64,000 bases of DNA, taken from positions 81,706-145,705 of the forward strand of contig NIVC01001623.1 in assembly GCA_002269645.1 (NCBI GenBank), in the 5' to 3' direction. Of this stretch, positions 49,386 to 61,936 are shown piece by piece. Numbering within the stretch: position 1 is the stretch's first letter; every line of letters begins with the position of its first letter. The stretch comes from Macrostomum lignano (lineage: Eukaryota). Under the pieces are notes generated by a model. It was not told where the DNA came from, ran no database searches, and was given only the letters and a program-made list of their open reading frames with translations. A program made the translations under genes and the position numbers.

Positions 49386-50787
49386 CCGTAATCCCTCACA
49401 TTCCAAGAGCATTCCAGTAGTTTTGTGAGAAGCCTTATGCAGCAGACTTACTCATACTCCAAGTGAAAAACACGATTCGATAGCCTATCCAGCGCCTCTC
49501 AGCAATGCCACAACTTCCCAGATGATTGCCTTTCGTTCCTGCAAGCGCGAGTGCTCTGCCAACGGCACGAGGGCAATAAAAATGTGCACTTCCCTGTCCA
49601 GCCAGCTCGGGCAGCTCCCAGTTATGAGGCCTGTTTATTACTCCCAGGGCTGCGGCGAGTGCCAGCAATGAGACATCAATTTCCCGGAGCAGGATGCACA
49701 TGGTTTCCGCGTGGGAACAAGCCAAGTATCCTGAGGCCCCAGATGGAGGGGAACTGCCGCCGGCCGATCAATGCAAGCTGGCCGAGTTCCAGCAGTTCGC
49801 TTGCAGTGCTGGATTGGGTGGTGCGAATGCCTACATACGCATCATCCTGGATGAAGCTGGAGCTGATGCTGATCAGTACTCGTGCAACTGCGAGTCCGAC
49901 TAGAAAGGAAAAGCCTCCGGCACCAGCCTATTAGCGGGAGTTCTCTACCTGTCACGAGGAATAATTAGCAGCATGGTCTGACAGTTCGGCATGTCGGGGC
50001 GTTCGCAACAGCCGATTCGATCCCCCCTTGTAATTAAACTTCTCTTGGCAACCCGTGAGACTCGACCTTACCAAAATCGGGGCGGGGACTGCAGTCTGAC
50101 AGATTAAGACTGCCACTTGACATTCGCAACAAGCGAAACCTTTCAGCCATTTCGAGTTTCCTATCTGGAATGAATCGCTAAGCATGAAGGTTACTCGAGT
50201 ATACTCACAGCAGATCGTGCTGAGATAAAGCATGGTGAGGGCGGCGATATCGATCGTAGCTGTTGCAAGCCAGCTGTGACTGAGCACAGCAACAGTGGGA
50301 CGCTCTCACAATCTCAATGGAGAGTTGTAAACCGCGGGAGTGTTGCGAGTAAAACTTGTTCTGTGATGCGCTTATAGTTCACGCCTCTCCATCCTTAATC
50401 GGGTCTTAAGATTGTATGGCTTGGAAGCTCTAAATCTTACTTTAGCAATTCTAATCCCCCACCGCACAGGGACTGACGATCCCATCCCGCGGCACCCTTT
50501 CTGGACATACACAGAACGGCTGCCGTACTGTAGGAATCTTCAATTTCTGCCCAATCTTAGAGAGTTAAGGCGCTCGTACCTGTACCTGTGTAATTATGCA
50601 ATTTTCCCTCCCATTTTCCCTCTCATCTACTTTGCGTGCCTCGCTGCACTCGCGGATACAAACAAGTTGCGTCTTGAAAGGTGTTCCACTTTCGTACGTA
50701 TTCAAAAAGAAAAATACACATGTTCACAACGTCTACTGTAAGTAGAAATATAATAATTTTATCTTATTTTATAGAAAACAAGCCCCA

Positions 50788-50857
50788 TTTCCAGAAATTT
50801 CCAGAATCAAGTCAGTGACACAATACTTCTAGAAACTTCTCCGCGCAGTTTATATAA
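50788..50857 (+). promoter_or_regulatory. Heat-shock promoter: two heat shock elements and a TATA box
   Basis: TTCcaGAAatTTCcaGAA (50789-50806) is a perfect 4-unit HSE, TTCtaGAAacTTC (50827-50839) is a 3-unit HSE, and TATATAA lies at 50851-50857, about 110 bp upstream of the sHSP ATG. Confidence 0.9.
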
Positions 50858-50963
50858 GCGCGACAGGCTGATTCTCGAAGAGTCAAGTCAAGCCAATCGA
50901 AAGCAATCCAAGCAAACCAAGCAAAGCACTCGAAGCGTTCAACAATCAAGCGAATTCGCCACA

Positions 50964-51763
50964 ATGTCGCTCTGGATCGCGCCAAGCAACGTGTACACGC
51001 CGTTCTCGCACGCCCTGCCGCTTGCGGCAGCCATGAGCGAGCTGGACGACTGGCTGACGCCCGAGTACGACCCGCTGGTGCAGCTGCTACGCCACCGGGG
51101 TCCGAGGCGACCTCGGCAGTGGAGCCGGACTGTCGACCTTCGCGGCTTCCCCCGAAGGACGTGTCGGTGAAGCGGGAGGACCGGAAGGTGCGCGTGGTGG
51201 CTCGGCTCGAAAACGGCGAGGACTCGACGGAGGTGAAGCGGACGGTGGAGCTGCCGGAGGAGGTGGACGCTGAGAAGCTGAGCAGCGGCTTCACCCAGGA
51301 CGGCATGCTGGTGCTGAAGGCGCCGTTCAAGGAGCAGCAGCTCAAGCAGCAACAGCAGCAGCAGGACTCGGTGTGGGACGAGCTGCGCAGTCTGCTGCGA
51401 GGCGACCTGCAGTCCGGCCAGCTGGTGGAGGCCAGCGACGGCAGCAAGCGGTTCAAGGCGGAGCTGTCGGTGCGCGAGTTCAAGCCGGACGAGATCCGCA
51501 TCAAGCAGCAGGGCGACTGCGTGCGAGTCGAGGCTGAGCACAAGGACGAGTCGAACGGGCAGCGGATCCACAAGCGGCTGGAGAGAGAGTTCCAGCTGCC
51601 CGCCGGCACCAAGCTGGACCAGGTGGCCAGCAAGCTCAGCCAGGACGGCCGGCTCTGCATCGAGGCGCCGTTCGAGGCTCCGCCCGCCAAGGAGACGCCG
51701 CAGCTCAAGGATGTCCCCATGGAGATCGACAAGCCTGCCGAGCTGCAGAATGGGGCCAAGTAA
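50964..51763 (+). CDS. Small heat shock protein with two tandem alpha-crystallin domains (p40/Tsp36-like); one frameshift at the C5 run 51149-51153
   Basis: Adding one C gives VDLRGFPPKDVSVK...VKRTVELPEEVDAEKLSSGFTQDGMLVLKAP. Second domain FKAELSVREFKPDEIRIK...EREFQLPAGTKLDQVASKLSQDGRLCIEAP. Intronless. Confidence 0.9.
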
Positions 51764-54576
51764 TGTGCCATACGGTTGCCATGGCAACTGACTGAACTGA
51801 CAGTTGAGAACTGCATGTAGCAGTATATGGCAAATTCTTTTGTGTTCCAGTCTGTCTCACTGACCCCCTGCTTTGAGCCAGTTGATTGCTTTTTAGAATG
51901 GTTATCTTTTTATTGTTATTTGCAAACTACCGCATTAGTACCTAGCTGGATGGATACCTACCTGGTGCTCAGCCTCCAGGAACCTGGAGAGACAACTGGA
52001 AACATTTTTAGAGAAAATTTAATTTTTTTTTCAAAGGGTAAGGACCCTGGGTTAGGGGATTTAAAGTTTTAGGGATCTGGTTTCAACGCTTCGGATTGAA
52101 TGTGGGGAGAAGAATGCAGATTATTTTCTGATTGTTTCGAAGATGCTATGGGTGGATGTTGGTGGATTATGTCTGTGTCAGTGAGCATAACAGGTGTTAG
52201 TGGACACCTGTTATGCTCTGATTCTGTCAGGGATAATGCTCTGATTCTGTCAGGGATAATATGGATGGATTTAATGGGATTATGGAGGACGTTTTGTGAG
52301 CGAGTGCGACCCCCCTTTTTTTCTGATTCTGTCGGGGATAATATGGATGGATTTAATGGGATTATGGAGGACGTGAAAAATTTTGTCCCAAAAGCCCCCT
52401 TTAGCCTAACAAAAGCCCCCTCATGCCTTCTACTGTACCTGTATATCACGGATAGCTGCCCACCTAGTATAGTATACATATGTATATATGAATGGCCTCC
52501 TAATTTACTCCAGGTCCAGATTTATATGTAATCAATGCGATACACTCAATTAATTCTGCAATTCGCTGCATTCTAACGCAATCTATATGCAGACTTTAAA
52601 AAATTGTTTTTTATTCACTAACTAACCATTAACTATTTTGAATTCACGCGTAAATTTACATGTACCTTATTTAATAAGCAAATTTTCACGTCATTGACTT
52701 TATGCTCTCATTGAAATGTGAATTCTGACGTAACATGTTATTTTGAGTGCTTTCATAGGGTTTAAATGGATGATCGGGCTGATATTGTAGCTATAATTTA
52801 GCCTAACTTGAGACGATTCACCCATTCGTGATGATGCATACTAATGTGACGAATAAGGCGAATAAGACGGATTTGTGTAGCGGTTAATTTAGATAGTTCA
52901 CGATTAGTTAGCAGATCGGCAAGCCGCTTCAACCCTTAGACTTTTGCTTAGACTTTTGCTTAAAATTGCTGGATCAGTTGATTAGCTAATTAATTGGTGG
53001 GCCAAGGTAGACGGCGGAAGAGTTGGTGCAAGGAGGCCAGACAGCGTCACAGCTAAGGGTTAGCGAGCCTAGGTCGAGAAGCGAAGCAAGGGGAAGGGCG
53101 AGAGCGGCTGCTGACTGCAGTGTAAGCATTATTTAAAGGTAAACAGATAACAACAACACCCTTAATCCAAAACCCAGACAAACAACCCCCCACGCGGCGC
53201 GCAATGTACCTGTACAAATTAATCGATAAAATATATCATGCAAGAATAACATATGTCAGTACATGTACATAGGTAGAACTACTTTTACGAGAAATAATAA
53301 CGATATGAATGAAATACAAATAATATAATACAAATGAAAGAATACAGTAGACTCAGTAGTAGTACAGTATGCATATGAAACTAAAGAAATACGATACACG
53401 CTTCTACGAATCACACTGTCACACTAAAGTACTACTACTGTAATCCATCACTAGGACTCTATTATAAAGTGTATGCAGGTAGCGTAAGGACCCACGTAAG
53501 GAAGCAAAGGAAGTGGACTAATCGAATTCAAATTCAGATTGAATCCGATCACAATACCAAAGCTAAGTTATAAAACTTCATGAGAAAATTCTAATTATTG
53601 CGATCTCATTCTCATGGACGTCGCGGGGTGGTGCATTTCATTATAACAAACTGAGACGAAATAAAATTCCTTTCCTGGCCTTCAACTATACTTACAGGAA
53701 AAAAGGAATTTACTATGCTTTTAAACTAATTAAGTTTGTTGACAACGAAAGGATGTTTTCAGACAATATGAGTGGTAGGACACTGGTAGCAACCATGTAA
53801 ATTTTTTGAATTTTCAATTTCAATTTTAATTATTTTAATTATTTTAAATGATTTAAGTAAATAAACTTTTTGTCACAAAAAATAATGTTATCTCAGTTAA
53901 AACATTGGAAACTAGACTGAATTGATAAAATAGTAACGTCAAAATATCAGTAATTAATAGTTTAATAGTTTATTAAATCATAAAAAATATTATTTGGGAA
54001 ACTTTGGAAACAATAGCACATTTAAAGGCATGGGCAGTTATAAGTCAGCACAGTTTTAAATAAAAAATAACAGAAATAAAATTTACAAGTAGTTTTGCAT
54101 GTTAGATAATTTAAATAGCCATATATATGTCTCTATTGCTTGTTGCCACTGAGCCATAGTTCTAGAAACTATTTTTTTATTTTACAATTTATTATTAGCT
54201 ATGGTTGGTGCCACAATTTTTTCTTAATGATAAACTGTATTTGGTCAACTTTCATGGCCTAGATGCATGTAATTATTTCTATCTCTCAATTAAAACCATA
54301 TATTCATTAGTAGTTGCTATTTCTTGTAATCAGAGAATTTAGGATTCAAATATCTAACATGATTTACCATGAGATTTTATTTAGATTGGACCAACCAAGC
54401 GTGGCAAAGGAGAAGAGCACGGTTTTGAAAATTTACATCTTTTGTAGAGTTATAAAAAGTTTAAAATCACTTTTAATCCTGTAACATTTAAAATTAGGCT
54501 ATAACAATGACAAAAATACATTTTCAATTTTTGCATTAGCAGCGCTGTAAAGATCAAAGCAGCGAGTTATGCAGCA

Positions 54577-57500
54577 ATGAGTTCTGAGAAACCGGCCGAT
54601 CAACTGGAAGCTGCAGCCCGGAATGGCAATTTTGATTCTGTCAAAAAGTTTTTGGCCGTTCTCGCTGATTCGGCAGGTCAGGAGCAGACTCTGGAGAAAG
54701 TTATCAAGATCTCCACAAAAGCCGGGCACGCGGAGATGGTCTCCGAGCTTTTAAAATATGCACCTGATTCCGAGTTCAGAGATCGCTACTGCAGAACTGC
54801 GATTCAGACTGCCAATGTGTATGACCGCGAAGAGATTGTAAAGGAAAGCCTACCTGCAGTAACTGATGCTGATGTCTTGGACCAGTGCCGGCAATCCGCA
54901 GTTGAGTGCTTCGCGAGAAACGGAAGAGAATCCGCTGTTATGGAGATCCTCAAAGCTGTTCGCGGCTCGCCAGTTGAGAACGAGTGCCTCCGATTGGCCA
55001 CATATGGAGCCGCATCACGGGGCCATAAGAAGCTCGTCTCCGAATTGATTCAGGCTGCTGCGGATGCGACTAGGCGGAATGAGGTATTCTGGGAAGGAAT
55101 CCGAACTGCTGCAACTTTTGGCCACAACGAAATTGTTTCTGAACTTCTTCAAAGCTTTGGGCATAACGCGGTCCAAGACCAGCGCTTAAAGAAATAGTCG
55201 GTCAGGCAGTAAAGAACGGGCATAAGGTAATTGCGGATGAACTAATTGCAGCTGTTTCAGATGGTGCCATCAAGGATTCATTGCAAAAAACTGCCCTGTG
55301 GGAAGCAGCGAAAACAGGACGCCATGAGATGCTAGCTGGATTTCTTCCTGTGTCTGACTCGACAACCAGAGACAAGCTATGCGTCTCTGTGGTTCGGCTA
55401 TCTGTGTCCAGCGGACACCCTGCTACGGCATATGAGCTGGCAAAAACGGTAAGGGATGCAGAGTGCAAAGACCAGTGCTGCGAAATCGTGATTGCGGATG
55501 GATGCAAGCAAAGCTGGAGGGACACAATTGCGGACGCGCTTGAACTTGTTTCCGACTCGAAACGTAAGGAAAGGCTCTATAATTATATCGTGTTGACGGC
55601 CACAAGAAACGGTTGGAGGGAACTGCTAACCCGCCTACTGCAAACAGCGAGCCATCCCAATCTCAGAGATCGATGCTGCAAGGAAGCCACTTTAGTCGCT
55701 GCAAATGAAGGTCACGTGGAGATTCTGTCTGAGCTTCTCAATTCCGTCAGCGATCCAGAGATGAAGAATAAATGCTACCGAAAGGGGATCACGGGAGCTG
55801 CGATGTCTGATCAAAAGGAAGCTTTGGCGCTGTTGCTTCACACAATTACTGATCAGCAAGTGAAAGAACGCTGTTGCATTAAAGCTGTAGGTGTCGCCGC
55901 AAGGAAAGGCCATGAATCGTCTTTGTCTCAGCTGCTTGCAGCCATCGCCAATCCTGATTCCAAAATACAATCCTACAAGGATGCCACTATCTGTGCCTCT
56001 GCTGATGGTCGATCAGAGCTGGTGACAAAGTTGCTACAGGAGATCACGGATCCCGTTGTCAGAGCTGAGTGCTGCAGCGCTGCAGTATCGCGGGCTGCCT
56101 TGTCCAGCCATGTGCCGACCATTGTTACACTCTTAGCTGCACTGGATGACTCAAGGGCAAAACTTGAGTGCCTCAAGGAAGCCGTTGTTAATGCCATTCT
56201 GGATGGGCGAATGCACTTTTTTAGTGACTTGCTGCAAACTGTTCCGCCTGAATTGCGACACCAGTACGTGCAAATTGGCGTTCGCACCTCAATTGAAAAC
56301 GCTCGATCTGAAGCGCTGACTGTTATACTGAGAGGGCTGAGCGATGTCCAGGACCCGACGCTGCAGGGTTGCAAGCCGCCAGTGAGCATGTCAGACCCCG
56401 CACTTCTGCGACTGCTAAATGGAGATGCAGTGAAGCGCCAAGCGGAGAACCTGGCTCTTTTGGCCAAACTGCATCCTGAGAAGGGTCGCCACGCTGCTCT
56501 GCTAAAAAGCATTGAAGCTGGTCACGTGTCCCTTGCCGTTTCCCTGCTGCCATACATGGCTCGCATTGACTCCAGCGATGCTCAAGGAATCACCGCTCTG
56601 ATGCTTGCTGCCCGCCACGGCCATGACCAGATTGTTCATGCCGTCCTTGCCATACTGGCTGATCCAGCCGCTGTGAACGCGCAAGACAACGAAGGATTCA
56701 CAGCTCTTTCAATGGCCTGTCGTGCCGGACATGTCCGAGTAGCAAAGTACCTGATGGACGCAGGGGCGGAATTGAAGCCCAGGGACGTTCAACTGGCTTC
56801 TGAAGGCGGCCACGCGGATTTTCATGCCTTTTTGCTATGGAAACTAAACGGGTGAGTCTAAAGCGAAAGCATGTCTGCCCTCGGGTGTTTCAGTTTCTGT
56901 GGTCTTCACTACGTTGGTTTGTTAAGAAATCCTCTCAGTATTCGTTTATGTGGCACAGCTTCTGCCTGACTAATTGTTTAATATTTTAATTTTTGCACTT
57001 TAACGTACTTTTCAGGTGTCCAACGGAAACAATTCCTGAAATAAAATTCGACTTGCAGCAAATAAGGTAAGCTGAGACAGTGCTAACAGAATTTCGTTCA
57101 TTGTATTACATTAATTTCGCATATTGCAGCAAATGAATATTGGCTGCGTAAAATCTATTGCAGTTACTGAAGAGCTGTTAAAAATGCAGCCAAGCCACCC
57201 CCATAGTTTCAAGCCCATATTACTCCGCCCAACGTACATTGGCATTGACAAGCCAATGAATGTAGCAGAATAATGAACGCATCTAATTCGCTTAAACTAA
57301 GGCTCTAAGCTAATCGAACCGCTACCCAAAATAGAAGACAACTACCCTCTGCTTAGGTGCACTGCAAAAATATAAATTCGGGGTAAATTTTAAGCATAAT
57401 TAATTCAGTGCTTAAATCTGTAGCATGAGCAGCGTGCTAAGTCTGCAAAAATTATCGCTAAAAACTTTCAGAGATGACCCGAACGAAGATCAAACACTGA

Positions 57501-60020
57501 GCATTGCGCTGCATAAGCTGCTCAACTCTGCAGGATTTACCCAGCAACGAGTTGTATTTCAAACGCGAATGGCTGATTTCCTTCAATCGTTGGCGAAGCT
57601 GCTCACAAAGAGTGAAATTGTGATGACTGGCAGCTTCGCTGACGGATGGGGCAACAACTTGGTAAAGCTAAACGGCAGAACCGCTGCTGACTCCGACATT
57701 GACTGGACTGTCATCGTTCCAGGCGTGACACTGCACCTGCAGGGAGGTTGCGCTTGCAGCGGAGCAAGTATAGACCGGCTTTCGGTCGACGAGGGGCACG
57801 TGGTCTTGGAGGTTGCTGCTGGTGAGATTCTGAGGAACTGTATTTGCCTAATATGTGATGGGCTGGATGGTAAATCCATGTGATCTTACTGTTTCAACTT
57901 TATGACAGAAGACGAAAGTCCTGAGATCTCTTTTCTCATTAGACTATAATGGCACATCCGTATTATTTATTGAAGGGTTCTTCCTCTACCCTGGTATAAA
58001 GTGTTTTTACATGTTTTTATCTCAATAAACAGGTTTGACTTTGGTGCGTGTTCTGATATCTACCCTCGTATATTAACTAATTCCAATCGACTAAATAGTA
58101 CAGTCCTAATTTAAACTGTCTCATAACAATCAAGACTGCTCTATATTGTACCTAGCTATCATTGTCTCTTGCAAAGCAGTAAGTATGCGAGTAAATTCAT
58201 CTCTACCGCACTTCCAGATATAGGATAGGAAGTTTGTAGAAAAGACCCGTGAGCATAGGCAGGCGCACTGATCAAACAGGGACCAAAAACAAAACAGTTG
58301 AGGTGGTGGCCGCTATGAAAATGGAAGTAAAAACATACTACTCAGCACATTCAAGCCACGAGCGTCAAGGTTGGGAAAACTCCTGCTTCAGGCAACACCG
58401 ACAGGTGGCAAGGAGAGTGCAGGGAGGACCTGTTTTTAATCTGGTTCAGAATAATGTACGAGGTTTATTTTTAAGCCCAATTCATCACGTTTTAGTACGA
58501 CTCATGCATGCCCAGTTGGAAATTTTTTAGCAAGGGGAATACGTCTTCCAGCGCAGGTCCTAGCTTTATGCATCGTCCAACCACTCGTCCAACCGCTCAT
58601 TTCAGGCAGCTCGCCTGCCATTGCGGCCGATGCGTGCGGCATGCGGCCTGCCATGGACACTTGCTATGCCTTTCAGTGCTGCAGCGAGTTCTGCGCAGAC
58701 CGCTGCTCAGTACTGCTCAGCGACCACGAGAAGGTCCACCTGGTAAGGGCTACCAGGCCCAACTCAAACAGCGATCTAAGAGTCAGCTTCAGTTTTCACG
58801 AAAAGAAGATTATTCGGCAACTGAATACCATCCAAGGACAGCTCTTCATTCTCCTCAAGTTTGTCTGCAAGAGGCTGCTGCCACGTCTATGGCGAACGCA
58901 GGGCCTCAAGACGTACAATGCAAAGACTTTGCTTTTTTTCATCATGGAGAGGCACAGACTCACCGAGCATGTCTGGCAGCCTGAGAATCTGATCTCACTG
59001 TTAAAGGAGTCCTTGAATCTGATGCTGCAGTTCATGACAGACAGCCCGGACCCTGACATTTGTATGCCTCACTTCTTCATGCCGAAAGCCCCTCTTTTTG
59101 TGAAGAACGCTGGAATCGGTGGAAATTATCTCGGGACCAACGCAGGATAGCGGAGAAGCTGTTCGAGTTGAGGAAGGATGCGAATCAACTCTATCAATCC
59201 ATCAGCGCGCACGTGCGCCCTTTGCAGTCCCGCAAATTCTACTGCCACCCATTCACCCTTTTGCCGCTGACGCCGTGTCTCTCCTTGGCTGAAGTGGAGA
59301 AGCAGAAAGTGGATACCATAGTTTACGTGCACTACGGAGCGCAAATCTACAACTTAGTTTTTGCTGCTATTGTTGAGCTGCAAGCGGATGGTTTTGACAA
59401 GAAACGCATTTGCTAAACGGGTCTGCCTCCTGCCACACAACTGCTGCGATACAGCCAAACTGTGCCTGATGTGATGGCTGAACTGAAGGTCGGAATGAAG
59501 CGGAGGCTAAGAAACTGGTGAGTACTTTTACTCACCACCCCGTGCAGAGTGGCTGGGATGCACGACTCCATCTCTTGGGATGAATTTTTTCGGGAATTCC
59601 GCAAACTACTTTGCATGGAGATTCTGCTTTGCCTGGGAGCCCAATAACCCGGCGTTGAAGTTTGACTTCCTGCCGCATTCAACAAGACACCTCATCGCGG
59701 TGAAATCATCCGGCCAGTCCTCTCACCTTTACATCAATTTCCGCTGCCTGTGGTGGAGCCTAGTGTTTGAGACCCAGCCTCTCCTGGGTGCACTCTTTGT
59801 GGAGAGGTGGCTGAAGGAGCTGCGTGAGGATTTTGAGGACGCAGAGTTTATGGAGTTGGAGACTGTATATCACATTTGCCTGAAACTGGAGCTACAGAAG
59901 CATGCGCAAGAAGGCTTAAGACTGATGGAGCAGCTGGTGCGGGACCAGAAGGCAGGCTTGGCGAGAGGCGAGGCTGCTGATGAGGAAAAGTTTGAAAGCC
60001 TCAAAAGTTTAAACGATTAA
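54577..60020 (+). CDS. Ankyrin-repeat + Mab-21/cGAS-like nucleotidyltransferase (cGLR-like); exons 54577-56851, 57016-57066, 57424-57821, 58606-60020; several frameshifts
   Basis: About 20 ankyrin-like repeats (AxxxGHxxxxxxLL), canonical near the end (GITALMLAARHGH, GFTALSMACRAGH). In-frame splicing to IVMTGSFADG...DSDIDWTV, a third Asp in MDTCYAF, and C-lobe motifs RVSFSFHEK, LKTYNAKTLLF, WQPENL, MPHFFMP. Frameshifts near 55185, 59140 and 59400-59580. Confidence 0.8.
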
Positions 60021-61469
60021 TAAATGAGGCTTGATTGCTACTCAATTTGCTTCTCCGAGGGCTCACGGATTTTTTAAACAATATTTTTCTCAACTATGTA
60101 TGTAAAATTCGTCTTGATAAAAAGTATTACCACAGTATAACAGTTATATGAGCTGTAGCTGATTATTCAATTATTGGTGATTTTTGTATTGTCTCTAAAT
60201 TTCCAACATTTTGAAGATATTTTTTACTTTGCTTTTAATGCGCAGAAATTTTTGGGTACTAAATGTCAGTGAATGATGTCACTGAAAATTGCGTGGGAAG
60301 TAGTTTACTATACACACGAGTGTGGCTTGATGCACACCCACCCTTTTGGATCGAGTCTAAGTATATTTCCTTTGTGCACAACCAAGCCACTGCAAGTGCT
60401 CCGTTGCTTTGCACGGATATCACCATCTTGGGTTACGCGTAGACTGAGCGTGACATGATTTTGGAACCATCTTGTGAACGTTCACTACGTTTATATGTAC
60501 TCGTAAGGGTCAGTTAACGCAATCACGTATAACAGTAGCAATACAATAAATTCTACAAGATCAGGCCGGTAATGCTAAGCCTTAATTACCCCCCTCGCTT
60601 GGCTAGACTATGTCTCACACGGGATTTTCGTGCATCTTGCCCCGACAAAAATGGTGGAAATATAGTGCATCTGAAGCGCTTCTTAAAGCGGCATGCAAGA
60701 AACTCCTTAGCTTTTCTACCTCAGGCATTTTTGTGTTTGAAGACACCTACATCGCCTACATCGCATACAGATAATAAAGAATGAATGGCTCTTGACTGCG
60801 CTCCTTGTTGTTGCAAGTGCAATGCTGACGAAACCTTTGCTGTTCTTGATAGTCATTGCCAACACTTCTTTAATTTCTAAATTCTTTAAGCTCTACTCAC
60901 ATAAAAATATCCAATTTACGAGTACCGTTGAGATTGGAGGGAAGAAACTTCCGTTTTTGGCTGTCGACGCTGATTTTAATTGTGATTTGATCTTCAATTT
61001 TTTTACTTTTTCTTAATGTTGATACAAACATTTGTCAACTTAATGATGATTAACGTTGAACAAGCTACGAGCTATACACTTCCAGATTTTTTATTTGTAC
61101 ATCGATTTTTAACGATATCAAAGCTTCCGTTTTTACTTGTGCTACTGACTGAATGGCTTTGCTGCCCAAATTGCCCCAAATTTGCTTCTGTATACTGATC
61201 TCTATTCGTATACAATACAGACCGACTTACAGACAAGCTGATGGCCTCGAACTCCGATTGTGTCCTGACTTATTTCCTGCCTAATGCAAGCATTCCTATA
61301 TTTAGGTCATTAGATTCCTGGCGGCCCTCCATTTCGATTTAAGTGCACCCCAATCTAATTTTGACAGCTTTAATTACCATTGATATCCGTCTGTCTGACG
61401 GATCTGGTCAAGACCCGGCTCCGGATGTTACCCAGTCAGCGCTTTTGATAATACTCGAGGCGTGTAACG

Positions 61470-61558
61470 CCAATATAATAATAAAAAAAAAATATTAACA
61501 ATAATAATAATATTATTAATATTAATAATAGTAATAGTAATAATATATAATAATAATA

Positions 61559-61602
<44 letters not shown>

Positions 61603-61615
61603 GTAATAGTAATTG
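61470..61615. repeat. (AAT)n microsatellite
   Basis: Directly visible; could be the tail of a retroposon ending near 61470. Confidence 0.9.
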
Positions 61616-61936
61616 ATTTCACTAGCCTCAATGGGCCAGATGTGCAACCGACAGCTCAGCCGCAGCTATTGCGTCTTACATCTGAAGGCTGCATACGGCT
61701 GTTCAGTCCAGGGACAGTTGCCAGTTGCTTAAGTGACCGTCTCCCCTCTGCGAGACCCCACGCTGGCACTCCAAACCCATTTACTCAAGCAGAAACAGAA
61801 GAAAAAAGCTTGTGGGCAATAGTATTCATTGCTTGCTTGACCATCTACTCGGTTCCCTTAGGACTATGTTTCGACGTGCCTTTTCTTCCAAAAATTCAAC
61901 CTTCCGTTTCAAATTCCAGAATCCGCCTGCAAAACA

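Noticed and set aside
49550-50330. Possible coding remnant or RT/viral fragment (FIQDD on the minus strand; 69-aa plus-strand ORF)
   Set aside because: No coherent motif set or splice structure that I can support without a database search.
52040-52480. ORFs on both strands and 22-31-bp direct duplications
   Set aside because: Looks like the interior of a non-autonomous repeat, but the termini are not definable and the ORFs have no motifs.
55175-55200. Programmed -1 ribosomal frameshift in the ankyrin gene
   Set aside because: C TTA AAG is not a canonical X XXY YYZ slippery site, and many other indels nearby favour sequence error.
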